Shown: piece by piece, positions 1 to 13,284 of the stretch
How positions within the stretch are numbered: the first letter of the stretch is position 1
Layout of the letters: the number at the start of each line of letters is the position of its first letter
Assembly: GCF_006345805.1 (NCBI RefSeq)
Contig: NC_043004.1
Location: 34,410,001 to 34,474,000 of the forward strand
Length of the DNA stretch: 64,000 nt
DNA from: Octopus sinensis
Lineage: Eukaryota
Direction of reading: 5' to 3'
Position numbers and translations under genes: made by a program
Notes under the pieces: generated by a model
What the model was told of the DNA's origin: nothing
Databases searched by the model: none
What the model saw: only the letters and a program-made list of their open reading frames with translations

Positions 1-62
1 GTGGCTATTAGTTCCGTGACGGCTAGGTTTATTCTGTTTATAATTGGTGTTATTGTTTCGTC

Positions 63-64
63 TA

Positions 65-113
<49 letters not shown>

Positions 114-152
114 TTATTATTATTATTATTATTATATCATATTATTATTAAT
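63..152. repeat. (ATT)n microsatellite
   Basis: Long run of tta/att trinucleotides read directly. Confidence 0.95.
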
Positions 153-361
153 TTTCTTTAATAGGTTGCAACTTTAAAAGCACAAATATTCAAGGTTGAC
201 AAATCTCTGTAAAAATATCCCAGAAATGTACATGTGAGGGAAATATATTATGCAGCTTATAAGATAGAATTAAGAATTTAAGGAAATTGGTAGAACTTTT
301 TTGCCCAACAGATTTATTCACACACACTCACACACACACAAACATCGATACATAATGAATT

Positions 362-550
362 GCCTCTTTTCCTACCCATTGCTACCTACAGAGTTAACTC
401 TCCCCATACCAATAGCTACTATTCAGTTACCTCTCTTCATACCAGTGGCTACCTACTGAGTTACATTTCTTCCTACTGATAACTACTTTTAAGTTACTGC
501 TCTTCATATGGCCACCAATTGAGTTACCTCCCTTCACACCAATGACTAAT
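362..550. repeat. Degenerate minisatellite, ~33-bp unit, about 6 copies
   Basis: Recurring gctacctactgagttacctctcttcatacc-like units in tandem. Confidence 0.6.
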
Positions 551-1711
551 TCCATTTCATACTTTACATTCTTGAAAGAAGTAACAGATAACACCATAAA
601 GGTTGCCCTAATTGAATGTGAACATTTGAGGGCTTTGCCCTTAGAAAGTCAAAGTCGACTGTCTGGAATCAGTAAATCAATACTATAATACTGAATTCTA
701 TGTTGGCATCGTAGACTTTGGACAGTTTTACCCAATTTTGCTTTTATAAGATAGTAAAATATGGTTTGAGAGACATTTGGTTGTTATATCTGGCAGGTCG
801 TATGACCATATAGAGGTTCCTTTTTGGTTTGTCTAGTTCTAAATAGTTCTTACAGACAGTTGAGTTCACTGCTGAAGTAATAATTCGTTGGCTTAAAATG
901 CCGCATTTAATTCCTCCCCGGAGAAAACCACATGCAATAGACTGGCATCTTGAAAGATTGGTCTCTAATCTGTTTAATGTTATATAAATCAGTGATAAGC
1001 ACAGCCATATTGATTCTTGTGATTTAGGAATGATTATAATACCACACAGCAAATATTAAACTGTTGGCATATTAAAACCATGACAAGGTTTCCATTCCAG
1101 GCAAAGCCCTTTAACTTCACTTAAAACAACTACTTCTGTTCTTGGTAAAGTTTGAGATATTTTATTATTCCATTCTTCAACGCCTGAAATGAATGTTCTT
1201 TGTGCCTAACCAAAAAAAGTAATTACCATTCTATTTGTTATTTTGGAATTTGAATGGTGGAATCAGTAGAGCACCAGAGAAAATGGTTTGCAGTGTTTAC
1301 ATGCATTTATTTGCAGAATCACAGTTCGAATTTCAACACTGACTATTCCAATTCTTTGAAACCAAGTTCATTAGAATGTAAACTGCATAGACAACGTATA
1401 ACATCAAGACAGACATCTGTATGCTGCTGCTACTGCTACTACTATTACTATGGCTAATCCACTTACTTTGGGTAGGTCTTCCCTGGGTAGACATCAAATT
1501 ACAAACACACACAAGCAACAAAATGGCTCTGCAACCATCTTCTTCTCATTATCACCATCATCTTAATGTCATCATTAACATTACTGTTTTGGTCATATTT
1601 TTAATGAGTGTTTCTCTACACAAATCAAAACTTTAACCTCTTGGAAACTGGTATAAAGTGCACAATACTACTTTGCCACTCAGTCGAGACGTTTTGTCTT
1701 GTGAATTTCTT

Positions 1712-1899
1712 GGTGACCTCACTAGTGCCAATACTTCATAAAAAGCATTCAGTCCATTCTGTAAAGTGGTTAGTGTTAGGAATGGTATCAAGCTGTAGAA
1801 ACCATGTCAAAGCAAACATTGGAGCCTGATGCTGTCCTCTGGCTCACCAGAACCTCTTAAACCATCCAATCCATGAAAGATGGACGTTAAATGATGATG
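1712..1899 (+). mobile_element. RTE-type 3' tail repeat ending in (GAT)n
   Basis: Shares aaaagca...gtggttggcgttaggaagggcatcc...ccaacccatgccagcatgg...gttaaatgatgatg with the tail that follows the RTE coding fragment at 6.6-7.3 kb. Confidence 0.65.
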
Positions 1900-1910
1900 G
1901 TTTGGTTTTA

Positions 1911-2119
1911 CCCTTATGCATTTAAATAGACTATAACAGGGGCCTGTTTCACATTCAAACCAGTCACATCTGGCTTTTCACACCAACCTTAGAATATCAT
2001 TCTAAAAATAAACAAACACATCATTGAAATCTCAGAGCTACAAGATAATGCGTGATTAATTCAAAGCAACATGAATAAATAAGCATCAGATTTGATAGGG
2101 TAATCTTAATGCTAAAGGA
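1911..2119. mobile_element. piggyBac-like MITE (degenerate)
   Basis: Ends resemble ttaa|ccctttagcatt...aatgctaaaggg|ttaa; the body is shared with 23350-23475 and 48600-48785. Confidence 0.55.
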
Positions 2120-2197
2120 CTAAATGGATAACCTCAATAAGGATTATCAATTCATCATCCTTTAATGTCTGTTGTCCATGCTGGCATGAGTCGGATT

Positions 2198-2306
2198 CTT
2201 TTATTCTTTTATTCTTTTACTTGTTTCAGTCATTTGACTGTGGCCATGCTGGAGCACCACTTTTAGTCGAACTAATCGACCCCAGGACGTTCTCTGTAAG
2301 ACTAGA
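2198..2306 (-). mobile_element. SINE 3' tail fragment (CORE-like family)
   Basis: ttttacttgtttcagtcatttgactgtggccatgctggagcacc matches the tail of the full copy at 16302-16729. Confidence 0.8.
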
Positions 2307-2723
2307 ATGATAAATAAATATGATAAATAAATATTTACAACTTCAGCCTCAGAAATCCCGCTTATGAGGTATTGGTGAATTTGAGGTTAATAGAAAAAAA
2401 CTCCCCCAAAGTAGTACACAGAGGGACTGAACCCAGAAACACACTATTAGGAATCTATCGTCTTAACCGCACAACAATGCATGTTCAAGATGGAGGTATC
2501 TTGTTTCAGTTTTCTCCAACTGCTTCTAAAAGGAATAGCTTCTAGTAATAACAAGAGTGCCAGAACTTGGAAAGAAGTGAAAAGTGGTTTTCTGTACTTG
2601 ACTGGAACCTAGTTTTTCAGTCATTTAAGAATGATGGAGAGAGTTGGCTTTAGTGGGATTTGAACTCAGAATGGAAATAGCTGTAACTAAATACCACCAG
2701 ACATTTTTGCCTACCATGGCATT

Positions 2724-2860
2724 GTTTCTAGGAAGAGCATCCAGCTGCAGAAAACATGCTAAAAAAGCATAATCCGCTCCTCAGACATGGTAGACTCTGT
2801 CAGACTGTCCAACCCATGCCAGCATAGAAAATAGATGTTAAGTGATGATGATGATGATGG
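2724..2860 (+). mobile_element. RTE-type 3' tail repeat
   Basis: gaagagcatccagctgcagaaaac...ccaacccatgccagcatag...gttaagtgatgatgatg. Confidence 0.65.
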
Positions 2861-3539
2861 TTCCAACAATTCTGCCTATAATTATTTGTTTATTACTGCC
2901 ACAACAGTGACAGATGATGGGTCTTTACATGGACAGACTCTATACATATGGATGTGTGAGTGTGTGTGGCTAATAATACACCAGGAACCCCTGTCCATCA
3001 ACTAGAGGAATAAGAAGCTTTTAAATATCACATTTAGTACACTGTGTTATCAGTTCTTTATCACCAACATGAAGCGCTTTCATTATCATGGAGTGCATCA
3101 TCTTACCAGAGACGATCATTCTGTACAATATTGACAAACACAACAAAAATAATATACAAACAAAATAATAGAAATATTTTGCTGGATATAATAAAACCAT
3201 CAATATAAAGAACGTATCGTGTGTTTATTATTATTCAGATGGAAATTTTCTAAAATATACTATTTTCAAATTAGCAACATATACCTTCCTGGGAATAACT
3301 CTTATTTCATTTATTTATTTAGTTATTTATTTATTTTCGGCTGTTGTTTGTTTGTTTTCTTTGACTGAATTTATTAACAATTTCTTGGCTCAGTGTCTTT
3401 TGCACGAAAATAAACAGTCTTTGTTCAGTTGATTGGCAATATTACTTCTCTATTTTCATGCATTATTCAAACAATTTATTTTTCTTTGCTTTTTTTTTCC
3501 TTTTACGATACAGTATATCATGTATATATAAACATACAA

Positions 3540-3636
3540 ACACACACACACACACTTATGTCTGTGTGTGTGCGTTATCATAAATAAAATATATGTATAT
3601 AAATATGTGTATATATATATTTATATATATATATAC

Positions 3637-3667
<31 letters not shown>

Positions 3668-3698
3668 TAGATAGGTAGGTAGATAGAGAACAAGGCAG

Positions 3699-3729
<31 letters not shown>

Positions 3730-3870
3730 GATAGGTAGATACATACATACATATATATAATATATATATATATAATATATATATATATATATACACAATA
3801 TATATATATCATGATGATGATGATGATGATGATATATATATATATATTATATATATATATATATACAAGT
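3540..3870. repeat. Compound microsatellite (CA/TA/GA/GATA/GAT)
   Basis: Read directly. Confidence 0.95.
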
Positions 3871-4129
3871 TTCTAAGTATATGAATGAATTTATTTATAT
3901 GTGTGTGCATGTGTGTGTGAGTGTATTATATAATATATATATTTAGAGAGAGAGGGGGAGAAAGAAAGAGAGAGAGAGAGAACTTGGATGTTTTTATGCA
4001 AAAATTGGACTCAAGCACATGTAACTTATTAGCACCATCTGATAGAACCTGTCCATCAGCACTCTTTACTTGATACCTTTGTTTTAGGATCTAATTTCTG
4101 TTGTGGTGGGCAGGTCTTCTCAGGTACAG

Positions 4130-4610
4130 CAATGTACCACATATCTCAGTCCTCTGTCATCTCCTTTGTAAGGTTCAGCGTTTTGAAATTAGCCTTCAAT
4201 ATTTTGTCCCATGTCTTTTTGGGTCTCCCTCTTCAACACCTTTCCTCCATTCTAAGCCATCAGCACTTCTTTATGCAGCTGTCCACATCGCATGACCAAA
4301 CCAGCACAGTCCCTTCTCTTGCACACTGCATCTGATTCCTCTTATGCCCAGCTTTGCCCTCAATGCACCAATGCTGCACAAGCAAACTGACATCACACAT
4401 CCAGTGCAGCATAACAGCTTTGCTCTCCTCCAGTCTCCACATATGATCCACATTCAGGGCCCATGTTTCACTACCATGCAGCATCACAGTTCATACACAT
4501 GCATCTTACAATTTTCCCTGCACCCTGAGAGAGAGAGAGAGAGAGACCTTTGATTGCTAACAGAAGTAAAAACTCCCTAAACTTCCTCCATCGTATTCTT
4601 ATTCTTGCAA
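4130..4610 (-). mobile_element. RTE-clade LINE, C-terminal ORF fragment
   Basis: Minus-strand translation gives ARIRIRWRKFREFLLLL and MLHGSETWALNVDHMWRLEESKAVMLHWMC...LCWFGH, the RTE post-RT motifs; interrupted by a (GA)n expansion. Confidence 0.8.
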
Positions 4611-5156
4611 ATTTATGCAACACACATAAATACACACAAACACACATACATATACTAACTTTTATGCTTCTAAATATACACATTAACACACACAGCAGTT
4701 AAATCATGAAAAAACCTTTTTAGCCATTTATAAACATAGAAAACCCGACTGTTTTACTCATGTCTCATTTATTTCTTCACGTATCTCTTTTACACGCTTC
4801 TATGACCTACTCACTAACCCAATTTCACTGCATTTCTGAAAAAATTCGGTACTGGTGAGTCTTTATAAGTCTCAGAGGGTATCCTTGAAATTTTCAGGTT
4901 TGTTATTTCCTTTTCTTTTCTTCTCTGCTTTCTTTTTTCTTTTTTCTTTTTTGTTTAAGTCTGTTGCCTTCAGCTTTAACCAAGACAATTTAATAACTAT
5001 ATTCTTTCGTGTGTTACTTATTTCTTTTCTTGTGTTTTGTTGTACTTGAACCTGTAGGTCTCTTATAATGTTACTATTTTGATCTTTTGACATATGGCCT
5101 GCTGTTTGCCACTTTTAAATACAATTCCATTTCTTTCTCCTCTCCACCTCTCTCTC

Positions 5157-5234
<78 letters not shown>

Positions 5235-5506
5235 TCTATTGTATATTTATTTATTTATATTACATTATCACATGTACTTATCTTCTTCTTATATATATAT
5301 TTTTTTTTTTATTTCTTGGTGGCTGATTGTGAAAATATGGAAATATTTGCTATGTACAGATGCAAAGTGTGTTTGAAATATCTTTTTATATTTCAACTCT
5401 CTTAAAATTAAATGCTTGGTAACCTGATGTATGTAACCATTTTATGGTGCCACTAATGTCAGCAACAGTAGAATAACCCAGTTTCCCTAGCAAATTTTTT
5501 CATATA

Positions 5507-5755
5507 CTGTCATCCCTTGCCATATCGTGGTTCACCTATCGCAGTTCACCTATTGCAGTTTATTATTTAAGCATATGTCAATTCATCTGTGGTGTTGTTT
5601 TGCATTTATAATAAAATAAATATATACAAATTATAAAAAAAAATATATATATATACAGTACAGTACTGTTTCTACTTTGAGGATTTTCACCTGTCGTGGT
5701 GGTGGTGGTGGTGCGAGTTTGGAATGTAACACCCACGATAGTCGAGGGATTACTG
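5507..5755. mobile_element. Tigger/pogo-like MITE
   Basis: Imperfect TIRs ctgtcatcccttgccatatcgtgg / ccacgatagtcgagggattactg flanked by TA on both sides. Confidence 0.55.
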
Positions 5756-5759
5756 TATT

Positions 5760-6450
5760 TTGGTAACAAAGAATTCTTCAATTTATTTTTCATTCCGAGG
5801 GAGAAACTCTGTTTTAGAAACCATGGTAGTTTCCTGAATATTTTTCTTTCTACTTCTATGTTCCAGCAACTAGACTTTTGGTTCACCCTACTCCACTGCT
5901 TATTAGATCACCTAAGAAGCTAAACCTATCATCTTCTTCTGTGGAACATTCTGAGTCTTTGAAAGCAATTATTTCTCATGGATTTATCCTATTAGCTTCT
6001 CTTGTATCTCTGTCGAACACAAAGTCTTCCTATTCTGGCAGCCTGTCTGTGATCTTGCTAATTCTCTATTGCATCCACAGCTTACATTGGATACACTATG
6101 TGAAATTTTTAAGTATCAAGAATGACCCTTCCTCTGATAGAACAATGGCCCATCTTCCTGCCTCCTTTCCTAATCATTGAAATTTAGTTGTTGCTAATTT
6201 TACTTTGATTCAATTGATCCAAGTCTGATGTTGCATCTCTAATCTACAGATTCTGTTACTGGAAACAATCATTAGCATGCATAACTTTCCACAGACAACT
6301 GGTCTTAGATTCCTTAAAGAGCCAGGGGACTGAGAACTAAGCACAGATGGGACTTGGCTGCATACTAAATAAGACAATGAATTTATTACTAACTCTCACA
6401 CAGATGAGAAATGTATGTTTGTGTTTCATCACAAGAGCATGTGACATAGA
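5760..6450 (-). mobile_element. Highly degenerate RTE LINE RT fragment
   Basis: Minus-strand remnants of LGDLISSG, the C-x-x-C-R-K-G insertion and a decayed YADD region; many stops and frameshifts. Confidence 0.5.
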
Positions 6451-6629
6451 ACTAATCATGAGAGAAACAAGGACCTTTGTGTTTAGCTCTGGTAACCTTG
6501 AGAGACTGTCCACAAAACTCATTGATGATCATTGGAAAAAACAGTATTACTGGAAACTAAAGATTTTGGAGCTGAAATGGCATATCTGATGGGATGATGG
6601 AAATATGAGGAATGAAGAAACAGTTTCTC

Positions 6630-7325
6630 TTTAGGCACAGCCAATATCAGAGAAGGGTTAACTGGGAAGATGTTGTATGTGGCAGATGCACAGATGCCAT
6701 AAACACTGAAGATGTACAGAAAACTGCCAGGGTAGAAGTAGTTGCTAGTTTCCATTACCTAGGTGACCAAGTCATATGTGGGTTGATGCTCTGTGAACAT
6801 AGCTGCTAGAATAAGAATAGCCTGGGCAAAATTTAGAGAGCTCCTACCTCTGCTGGTAATAAAAGGCCTCTCACTCAGAGCGAAAGGTAGACTGTATGAT
6901 GCCTGCATACAAACAGCTACTACATGGTAGTGAAACATGGGCTGTGATTGCTGAGGACATGTGTAGGCTTGAAAGAAATGAAGCTAGTATGCTTTGCTGG
7001 ATGTGTAATGTCAGGGTGCATACATGGCAGAGTGTCATCAGGAAATATGCCAAGATAGTGAAGACTTTTTGAACCGAGTGAAATCATAGTCATGGCTGAT
7101 GCCAGTGCCGCCTGACTGGCACTCATACTGGTGGCACGTAAAAAGTACCCACTGCACTCTTGGAGTGGTTGGCATTAGGAAAGGCATCCACCTGTAGAAA
7201 CCTTGCTAAATTGGATTGGTGCCTGGTGCAGCCGCTCCTGGCTTGCCAGTACTCAGTCAAACCATCCAACCCATGGAAAGCAGATGTTAAACGATGATGA
7301 TGATGATGATGATGATGGTGATGAT
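6630..7325 (+). mobile_element. RTE LINE 3' fragment with tail and (GAT)n end
   Basis: VEVVASFHYLGDQV, ARIRIAWAKFRELLPLL, HGSETWAV, RRLERNEASMLCWMC motifs followed by the 3' tail and a gat repeat. Confidence 0.85.
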
Positions 7326-8129
7326 GTTCATGATGTTACCCTGCATATTTAAATATAGTTCAGGGTACATCATAAAGACGTAGAAAATTGCCAGGGTTAC
7401 ATTTACCTTTGTGTTTGTTGAATATTAAGAAAATCCTCTTTATGCTCTTAATGTCTTGTAAATGTGTCACATTTCTTCTCTTACACTCTGTGGTTGACGT
7501 ATCCTCTCTATTTCCCTCCTATGCTCATCGTCACTATCGCTTCTAGGCTGAACCTTATTCTTCTTCAGCAATTCCATTCCTGCTACTGTCTTTAAAATGT
7601 CTATTGCTAGTTATTTATATTAAATGTGTGACATGACCCCTATCTCTCTCTCGCTCTCATTTTCAATTCCTGAAATATAGTGTCTTTCATCCATAATCTA
7701 TTTATTTTTATGTTATTTTTCCATCTTTTGCTTTGTGACTTTAATTCATTGTTACATGTATGTTCTGCATTTGTGTTCCCAAGCACCAATAAAATTCATT
7801 TTCCTATTTATATTTTTGCACTGTTGACACAGTTGGATGCTCATATGCTGCCTTTGGTGTCAAAACCATGGAGATATCTGATCAGGCAGCTGAGGATGGG
7901 ATATCGATATTCTATGTTATATAGAATGGGTTTCCATTCTTTCATTATTGTCTTGATTTCTATCTCCATCTCCCAGGTAACTGCTCTCACAATCTTTGAA
8001 ATCTTATGCTTCTCCTTTTTATCAAAGAGTTACGAAAGACACTTGGTAATGAATTGTTCGTTGTAGATGATATTTTTTATTTTGGGCAATTAAATTTAGG
8101 ACATTGAGTTGTGGGATAACAGATGGAAA

Positions 8130-8480
8130 ATACAGACACACACACATGCATACACAAGCACACACACACACATGCACGCACACACATGCACGCACACACA
8201 CATGCACACACATACACATACACATGTGTGTTGCATATATATATATATGTGTGTGTGTGTATATATATACATACATATGTTCATACATATATATATATGT
8301 ACATATATGTATATAGACATATGTATGTGTGTATCTATGCATACATATACATCCATTTATTCATATACAACTATATAACAGACACACACATATATGTATA
8401 TCTGTGTGTGTATGTGTATCTGTACACGCATACTGATAAATGTATCCCTACATACACACACACACACACACATAACCCTT
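8130..8480. repeat. Compound (CA)/(TA)/(TG) microsatellite
   Basis: Read directly. Confidence 0.95.
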
Positions 8481-9002
8481 CATATCTTCATACATTCATT
8501 CATACACACATACGTTGAATTATTCATATTAGAGTTTGCTTATTTATTTATTGTTTTGCCATTTTCTTTGAGATTCTTACATCCGTATTAGTATTGTTTA
8601 TTCCTGTTTTGATATGGTGCCATTGTCTGATCTAAAAATTCATAATTCTAAAGACATCTTTACCAGTTGCCAAGATTCTTGGACTTATTAACTTTAGACA
8701 TTTCTTCTTGGCTACTTTAGAACATAGAACATACTCAATCTTCATATATATTCTCACATATGCATATCAATATATTCATACCACGCACACACAAACACAC
8801 ACACACAACACACACACACACACACACGTTTTATATTTTCTTTATATGTTATATGTTTTGTATGTTTTATATATTCCTCAGGCGTTATATATGTGACCTA
8901 TTTTCCCCTTTTGTTTAAATCACAGAAAGTCATAGCTCCGAATACCTGTTGATTCATTGTGCACTCTCAGTTAGACAGACTGGTCTTCTTACCACTTTAT
9001 AT

Positions 9003-9502
9003 TTCCCTATGTTTCAGCTGTTGTATGTTCCACCATCTTCAGGTGTTTTGTGTTGAACTTGGCTGTTGTTTGGAATTTTGAATCTAACCCCTTATTTGAT
9101 TTTCAGGAGCACTCTGTCCCCATTGCAAGTACAGTGTCATAGATAAAGATGTTGGTTAATGCTGTGCAGTAGCCTAGAGGTTCTGAGTTCAATCTCAGGA
9201 AAGGCACTCAGGTAATTCACAGAAAGATCAGCTGAAGCAAAAGATGTCATGGAATGCAGAGAGTGGAATGGGAACGGTTTACTCCTGCAGATCAAATAAA
9301 GGGATAGATTTGAAATGCCAAATACAACAACCGAGTTCAATACAAGACACCTGAAGAAGGCTGGAGCATACAACTACTGAAATATAGAGAATGCAACAAT
9401 CATTACTAATTAGAAATTAATAAGAAAGATGAGAACACTTTATTCTGACTAATATAAACAGCATACATGATATAAATTCCTCATCTCAGAAATATAGAAC
9501 TG
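9003..9502. mobile_element. Old inverted dimer of a tRNA-headed, hammerhead-bearing element
   Basis: 9003-9125 is the reverse complement of ~9265-9392. The plus copy has a T-arm/B-box hairpin (ctgag-ttcaat-ctcag, 9183-9198), gacac-CTGAAGA-aggctg...GAAA (9346-9382) and the tail aattcctcatctc..aaatatagaactg shared with 49.1 kb and 61.6 kb. Confidence 0.65.
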
Positions 9503-9510
9503 GATTAAAT

Positions 9511-9760
9511 TTTACTGCTTGGATTCCTCCTCCTCCTCCTCCTCCCCTCCTCCCCATCTTCCCCTCCTCCTCCTCCTCCTCTCTCCCCCCCCTCCTCCCC
9601 TCTTCCACCCATCCACCCCCTCCTCCCCTCCCTCCTTCCTCTTCCCCTCTTCCTCCTCTTCCTCCCCCTCTTCCTCTTCTTCCCCTCTTCCCCTCCCCCT
9701 CTTCTTCTTCCCCTCCTCCTCCTCCTCCTCTTCGTAATTGTCGTCGTCATCATCATCATT
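9511..9760. repeat. Polypyrimidine (CCT/CTT)n tract
   Basis: Read directly. Confidence 0.95.
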
Positions 9761-10165
9761 GTGGTCAAATTCATTACATCCTCGTTATCATCTTCTCAGT
9801 TATTTCTTAATGAGAGACCGTACTCTCGCAGTGTTCATACATCTTATTTGGGTTGGATTCCTACAGCTAGTTGCTTTTCCTAATATCAAGTAATTTACAG
9901 AATGAGCTGGAAGCATTTTCTTGTGGCACCAGCACTAGGGGGGTTGTCATGTCTTTGGCTAAGCAACACTGAAAAGGACATCTCAACCCTGCTTTTCCTC
10001 TTCTCACACTCCACTCACCCTGGGGTGGGAGGGGAGCTTTTTGCTGTGACAGCAACAATGATGGGATTGTCTTGTACCCTGAAAGTATAAGGAGGTTGCT
10101 CTACTTTAAGACATGCAAGTTCACACAAAATAATGGGAGGAAATAGCAGAGAAGGAGAGAGGGAG

Positions 10166-10197
<32 letters not shown>

Positions 10198-10789
10198 AAG
10201 AGACTCAGAGAGGCAGGGAGAGGCAGATAGGCTTATGGATTGACAGAGACAAAGGGAGATGCACTGAGAAAGAATGTAAAAAGCAAGAATATATTGGAAA
10301 AGGAAACAGAATAGGGCATGATGGGTAGTAGCAGAGGTAGGCAGAGGTAAGGGTAAGTAATGGGTGACAATAGATGTGGCCAAGAGGAGAGAGGGAGTGA
10401 TGACTGGCAGTGCTTGTTTCAAACGATATATAAGAACAGCATAAGAACAGGTTGGAAAAACTTCAGGTAGTTGTTACCTTTAATGGTATTGAAGGTCTTC
10501 TCCCTCTGGGCAAAAGGCAGATTGTATAAGGTTTGTGTTTGAAGTGCAGTTCTGCTTAGCAGTGAGGTACACACATTGAATAACAGAAGGCAGGTGAATA
10601 GCTGATAGAAAATGAAGCAAGCATGTTCCAGTGAATGTGTCATGTCTGCGTGCATGAGTATCAGAATACAAACAGATTCAGAGTGGAATGGGTACAAATG
10701 GCCGAAAGCAGTCTCTTGTTCATTGTTCAATTTCTCTCATTCTACTGATGGCTGATGGTTTAATGAAGATGATGATCATCATCATGGTG

Positions 10790-10804
10790 GTGGTGATGGT
10801 GTTG

Positions 10805-10839
<35 letters not shown>

Positions 10840-10965
10840 ATTGGTGATGGTGTTGGTGGTGGTGGTTGTGGTGGTAGTTGAGGTGGTATTGGTGGTGGTG
10901 GTGGTGGTGATGGTGGTATTGTTAGTGGTGGTGGTGGTATTGGTGGTGGTGGGGGTGGTAGAATG
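10790..10965. repeat. (GGT/GTT)n microsatellite
   Basis: Read directly. Confidence 0.95.
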
Positions 10966-11140
10966 ATTCGATTATGATCAGGCCCCTTACTAGCTGTCGT
11001 TATACAAGCAGCAGAAGAGAAGAATAGACGTGACAGGCAGAGAAGGGATCAAGAACAGAGAGGGAAGCAGTAAATGTAGGCTTGGCAGGACACACACACG
11101 GACACACGGACACACACACACATACACATACACACAGGAT

Positions 11141-11440
11141 GAAGGCAGGTGGCTTAGTGGTTAGGGTTTTGGGCTCAAGATTGTGAAGTCAGAGTATCCT
11201 TTCCGGCGACGCGTTTTGTCCTCGAACAAGACACTTTATTTCACATTGCTCCAGTCCACTCAGCTGGCAAAAATGAGTGATACCTGTAATTCAAAGGGGC
11301 CAGTCTAGTTGCATTGTGTGTCATGCTGAATCTTCCTGAGAACAACGTTAAGGCTATACATGTCTGTGGAGTACTCAACCACTTGCCTGTTAACTTCACA
11401 AGCTGGCTGTTCCATTGATTGGATTGGCTGTAACTGATGT
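11141..11440 (+). mobile_element. tRNA-derived SINE (second family)
   Basis: A-box-like tggcttagtggttag head and central gtcctcgaacaagacactttatttcacattgctccagtccactcagctg; related pieces at ~13965-14117(-), ~51740-51845(-) and ~53870-54010(+). Confidence 0.7.
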
Positions 11441-11519
11441 TAAGTTAATTTTTTGGCTCAAAAAGCAAAAAGCAAGGCCATGTAGGGGGACATGGAGTTA
11501 TGTACAGGGGTGTTCATGC

Positions 11520-11855
11520 AAAGAGTTCAGACCATTTCTGGACAAGAGAGACTTTGAACCGAGCGGTCGTCGGCATCTTCACTATCTCGTCCGGCAGCTT
11601 ATTCCACGGATCCGCAACCCGGACAGAGAAAGCCCCCATCCTTCGATTGAGATGAAATCGTCGCAGATAGAGCTTTTCGAAGTGACCCCGCAGCCTACGC
11701 TCTGGAGCAGGAGTGAAGAACAGCTCTTTCGAGAGGTTACACTTTCAGCTTATGATGTTGTGAGCAAGAATGAGATCACCACGGCGTCGTCGTTTTTCTA
11801 GAGAATAAAGGTCAAGCATCTTCAGCCTTTCTTCATAAGACAAATGCTTGAGACC
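11520..11855 (-). mobile_element. CR1-type LINE 3' coding fragment
   Basis: Minus strand translates to GLKHLSYEERLKMLDLYSLEKRRRRGDLILAHNII...RLRGHFEKL...FSVRVADPWNKLP, the CR1/L2 C-terminal signature. Confidence 0.85.
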
Positions 11856-12172
11856 AAGATGGAGTGCCAGTTAGTTGGTGTGTGTGTGGATGGTGTGTAT
11901 GTGGGGATGGTGTGTTTGAGTCTGGTAGTCTTCGCATCATTTGAGAGTTTTAGACAAGTGTCATGTTTTACAAGAGGTGTTATTCATTTCAATTCCACTG
12001 CAAGAACATGTCTGGCCATGGAGAAATATTTCCTTAATTGGAAACAGTCAGGGGCTAGCTATAAGGTGAGTTTCTGACTGTAAAAAGTGTGCTTCAGCAA
12101 AGGCAAGCATGGAGAAGTGGATGTTGCAATGAAGATGATGATGATAATAATGTATATAAATATGTGTGAGAA

Positions 12173-12406
12173 GAAGGCGGTGAGCTGGCAGAAACGTTAG
12201 CATGCTGGGCGAAATGCGTGGCCATATTTCGTCTGCTGTTACGTTCTGAGTTCAAATTCCGCCAAGGTGGACTTTGCCTTTCATCCTTTCGGGGGTCGAT
12301 AAATTAAGTACCAGTTATGCACTGGGGTCGATGTAATTGACTTAATCCGTTTATCTGTCCTTGTTTGTCCCCTCTGTGTTTAGCCCCTTGTGGGTAGTAA
12401 AGAAAT
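12173..12406 (+). mobile_element. tRNA-derived SINE (third family), near full length
   Basis: gagctggcagaaacgttagc head, B box gagttcaaattcc, central gactttgcctttcatcctttcggggtcgataaattaagtaccag; other copies at 40885-41100(+), 16145-16760(-) and ~52850-52975(+). Confidence 0.85.
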
Positions 12407-12883
12407 ATATAGATATGTGTGTGTGTGTGTTGTGTGTGTGTCTATGTGTGTATGCATCATGTATGCCCGTATGATCATACATGCACACATAAAAACAGAG
12501 CCGTCATGTCTTTATAGAATTTAAATATAATATCTTTGACAGTGAAATAAAATAAAAATCTGTATGGAACCGAAGTGAAAAAGAATTTTCCAATAATTTG
12601 TGATACTACTCGTTAGCTTATGGTTAAATTAATTTCCTGTTAGTTGTGCAGCCTGCAATACACTCATTGATGTTATCCTAGTTATGTTAATTGACTTGAA
12701 TTATTATTGGAATATAGTAACCTCCAGTTCAAAGAAACTTCTTCTACTTAACTATCAATATAAGAGAATTACTCGGAAATTTTAATTAAATAATAATTTT
12801 CAGGAAATATTAAACGGAAATCAAGAAAGGCTACAAATAAAGAAGAAAAATTCTTTGAAGGAATGTAATATATGCAATGCTGG

Positions 12884-12925
<42 letters not shown>

Positions 12926-13053
12926 CATATATATACATACATATGTATATATACATACATATATATATACATATATATATATATGCATATATATATACAT
13001 GCATATATATATACATACATATATATATATGCATACATACACACACACACATA

Positions 13054-13111
<58 letters not shown>

Positions 13112-13253
13112 ATACATATATATATACATATATATATATATACACATATATAAAACGTCTCAGGTGTGTAGATAGAGCCTGTAATATAACTGAAATAATT
13201 ATGAGCAAAATATAACAAGTCGTGTATATATACATATGTATATATACTTTAAG

Positions 13254-13284
<31 letters not shown>

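Noticed and set aside
744-1052. 102-aa minus-strand ORF in unique sequence
   Set aside because: Non-ATG start, no recognisable motif and no convincing splice context.
5760-7325. Opposed RTE fragments as a twin-priming 5' inversion
   Set aside because: The two pieces overlap the same part of the element and differ greatly in decay, so they are independent insertions.
7330-7373. 44-bp imperfect palindrome after the RTE tail
   Set aside because: Short, AT-rich and partly built from the adjacent (GAT)n; no second copy seen.
12173-12270. tRNA-like A/B boxes here and in other SINE heads
   Set aside because: No complete cloverleaf; they continue into SINE bodies, so they are not tRNA genes.
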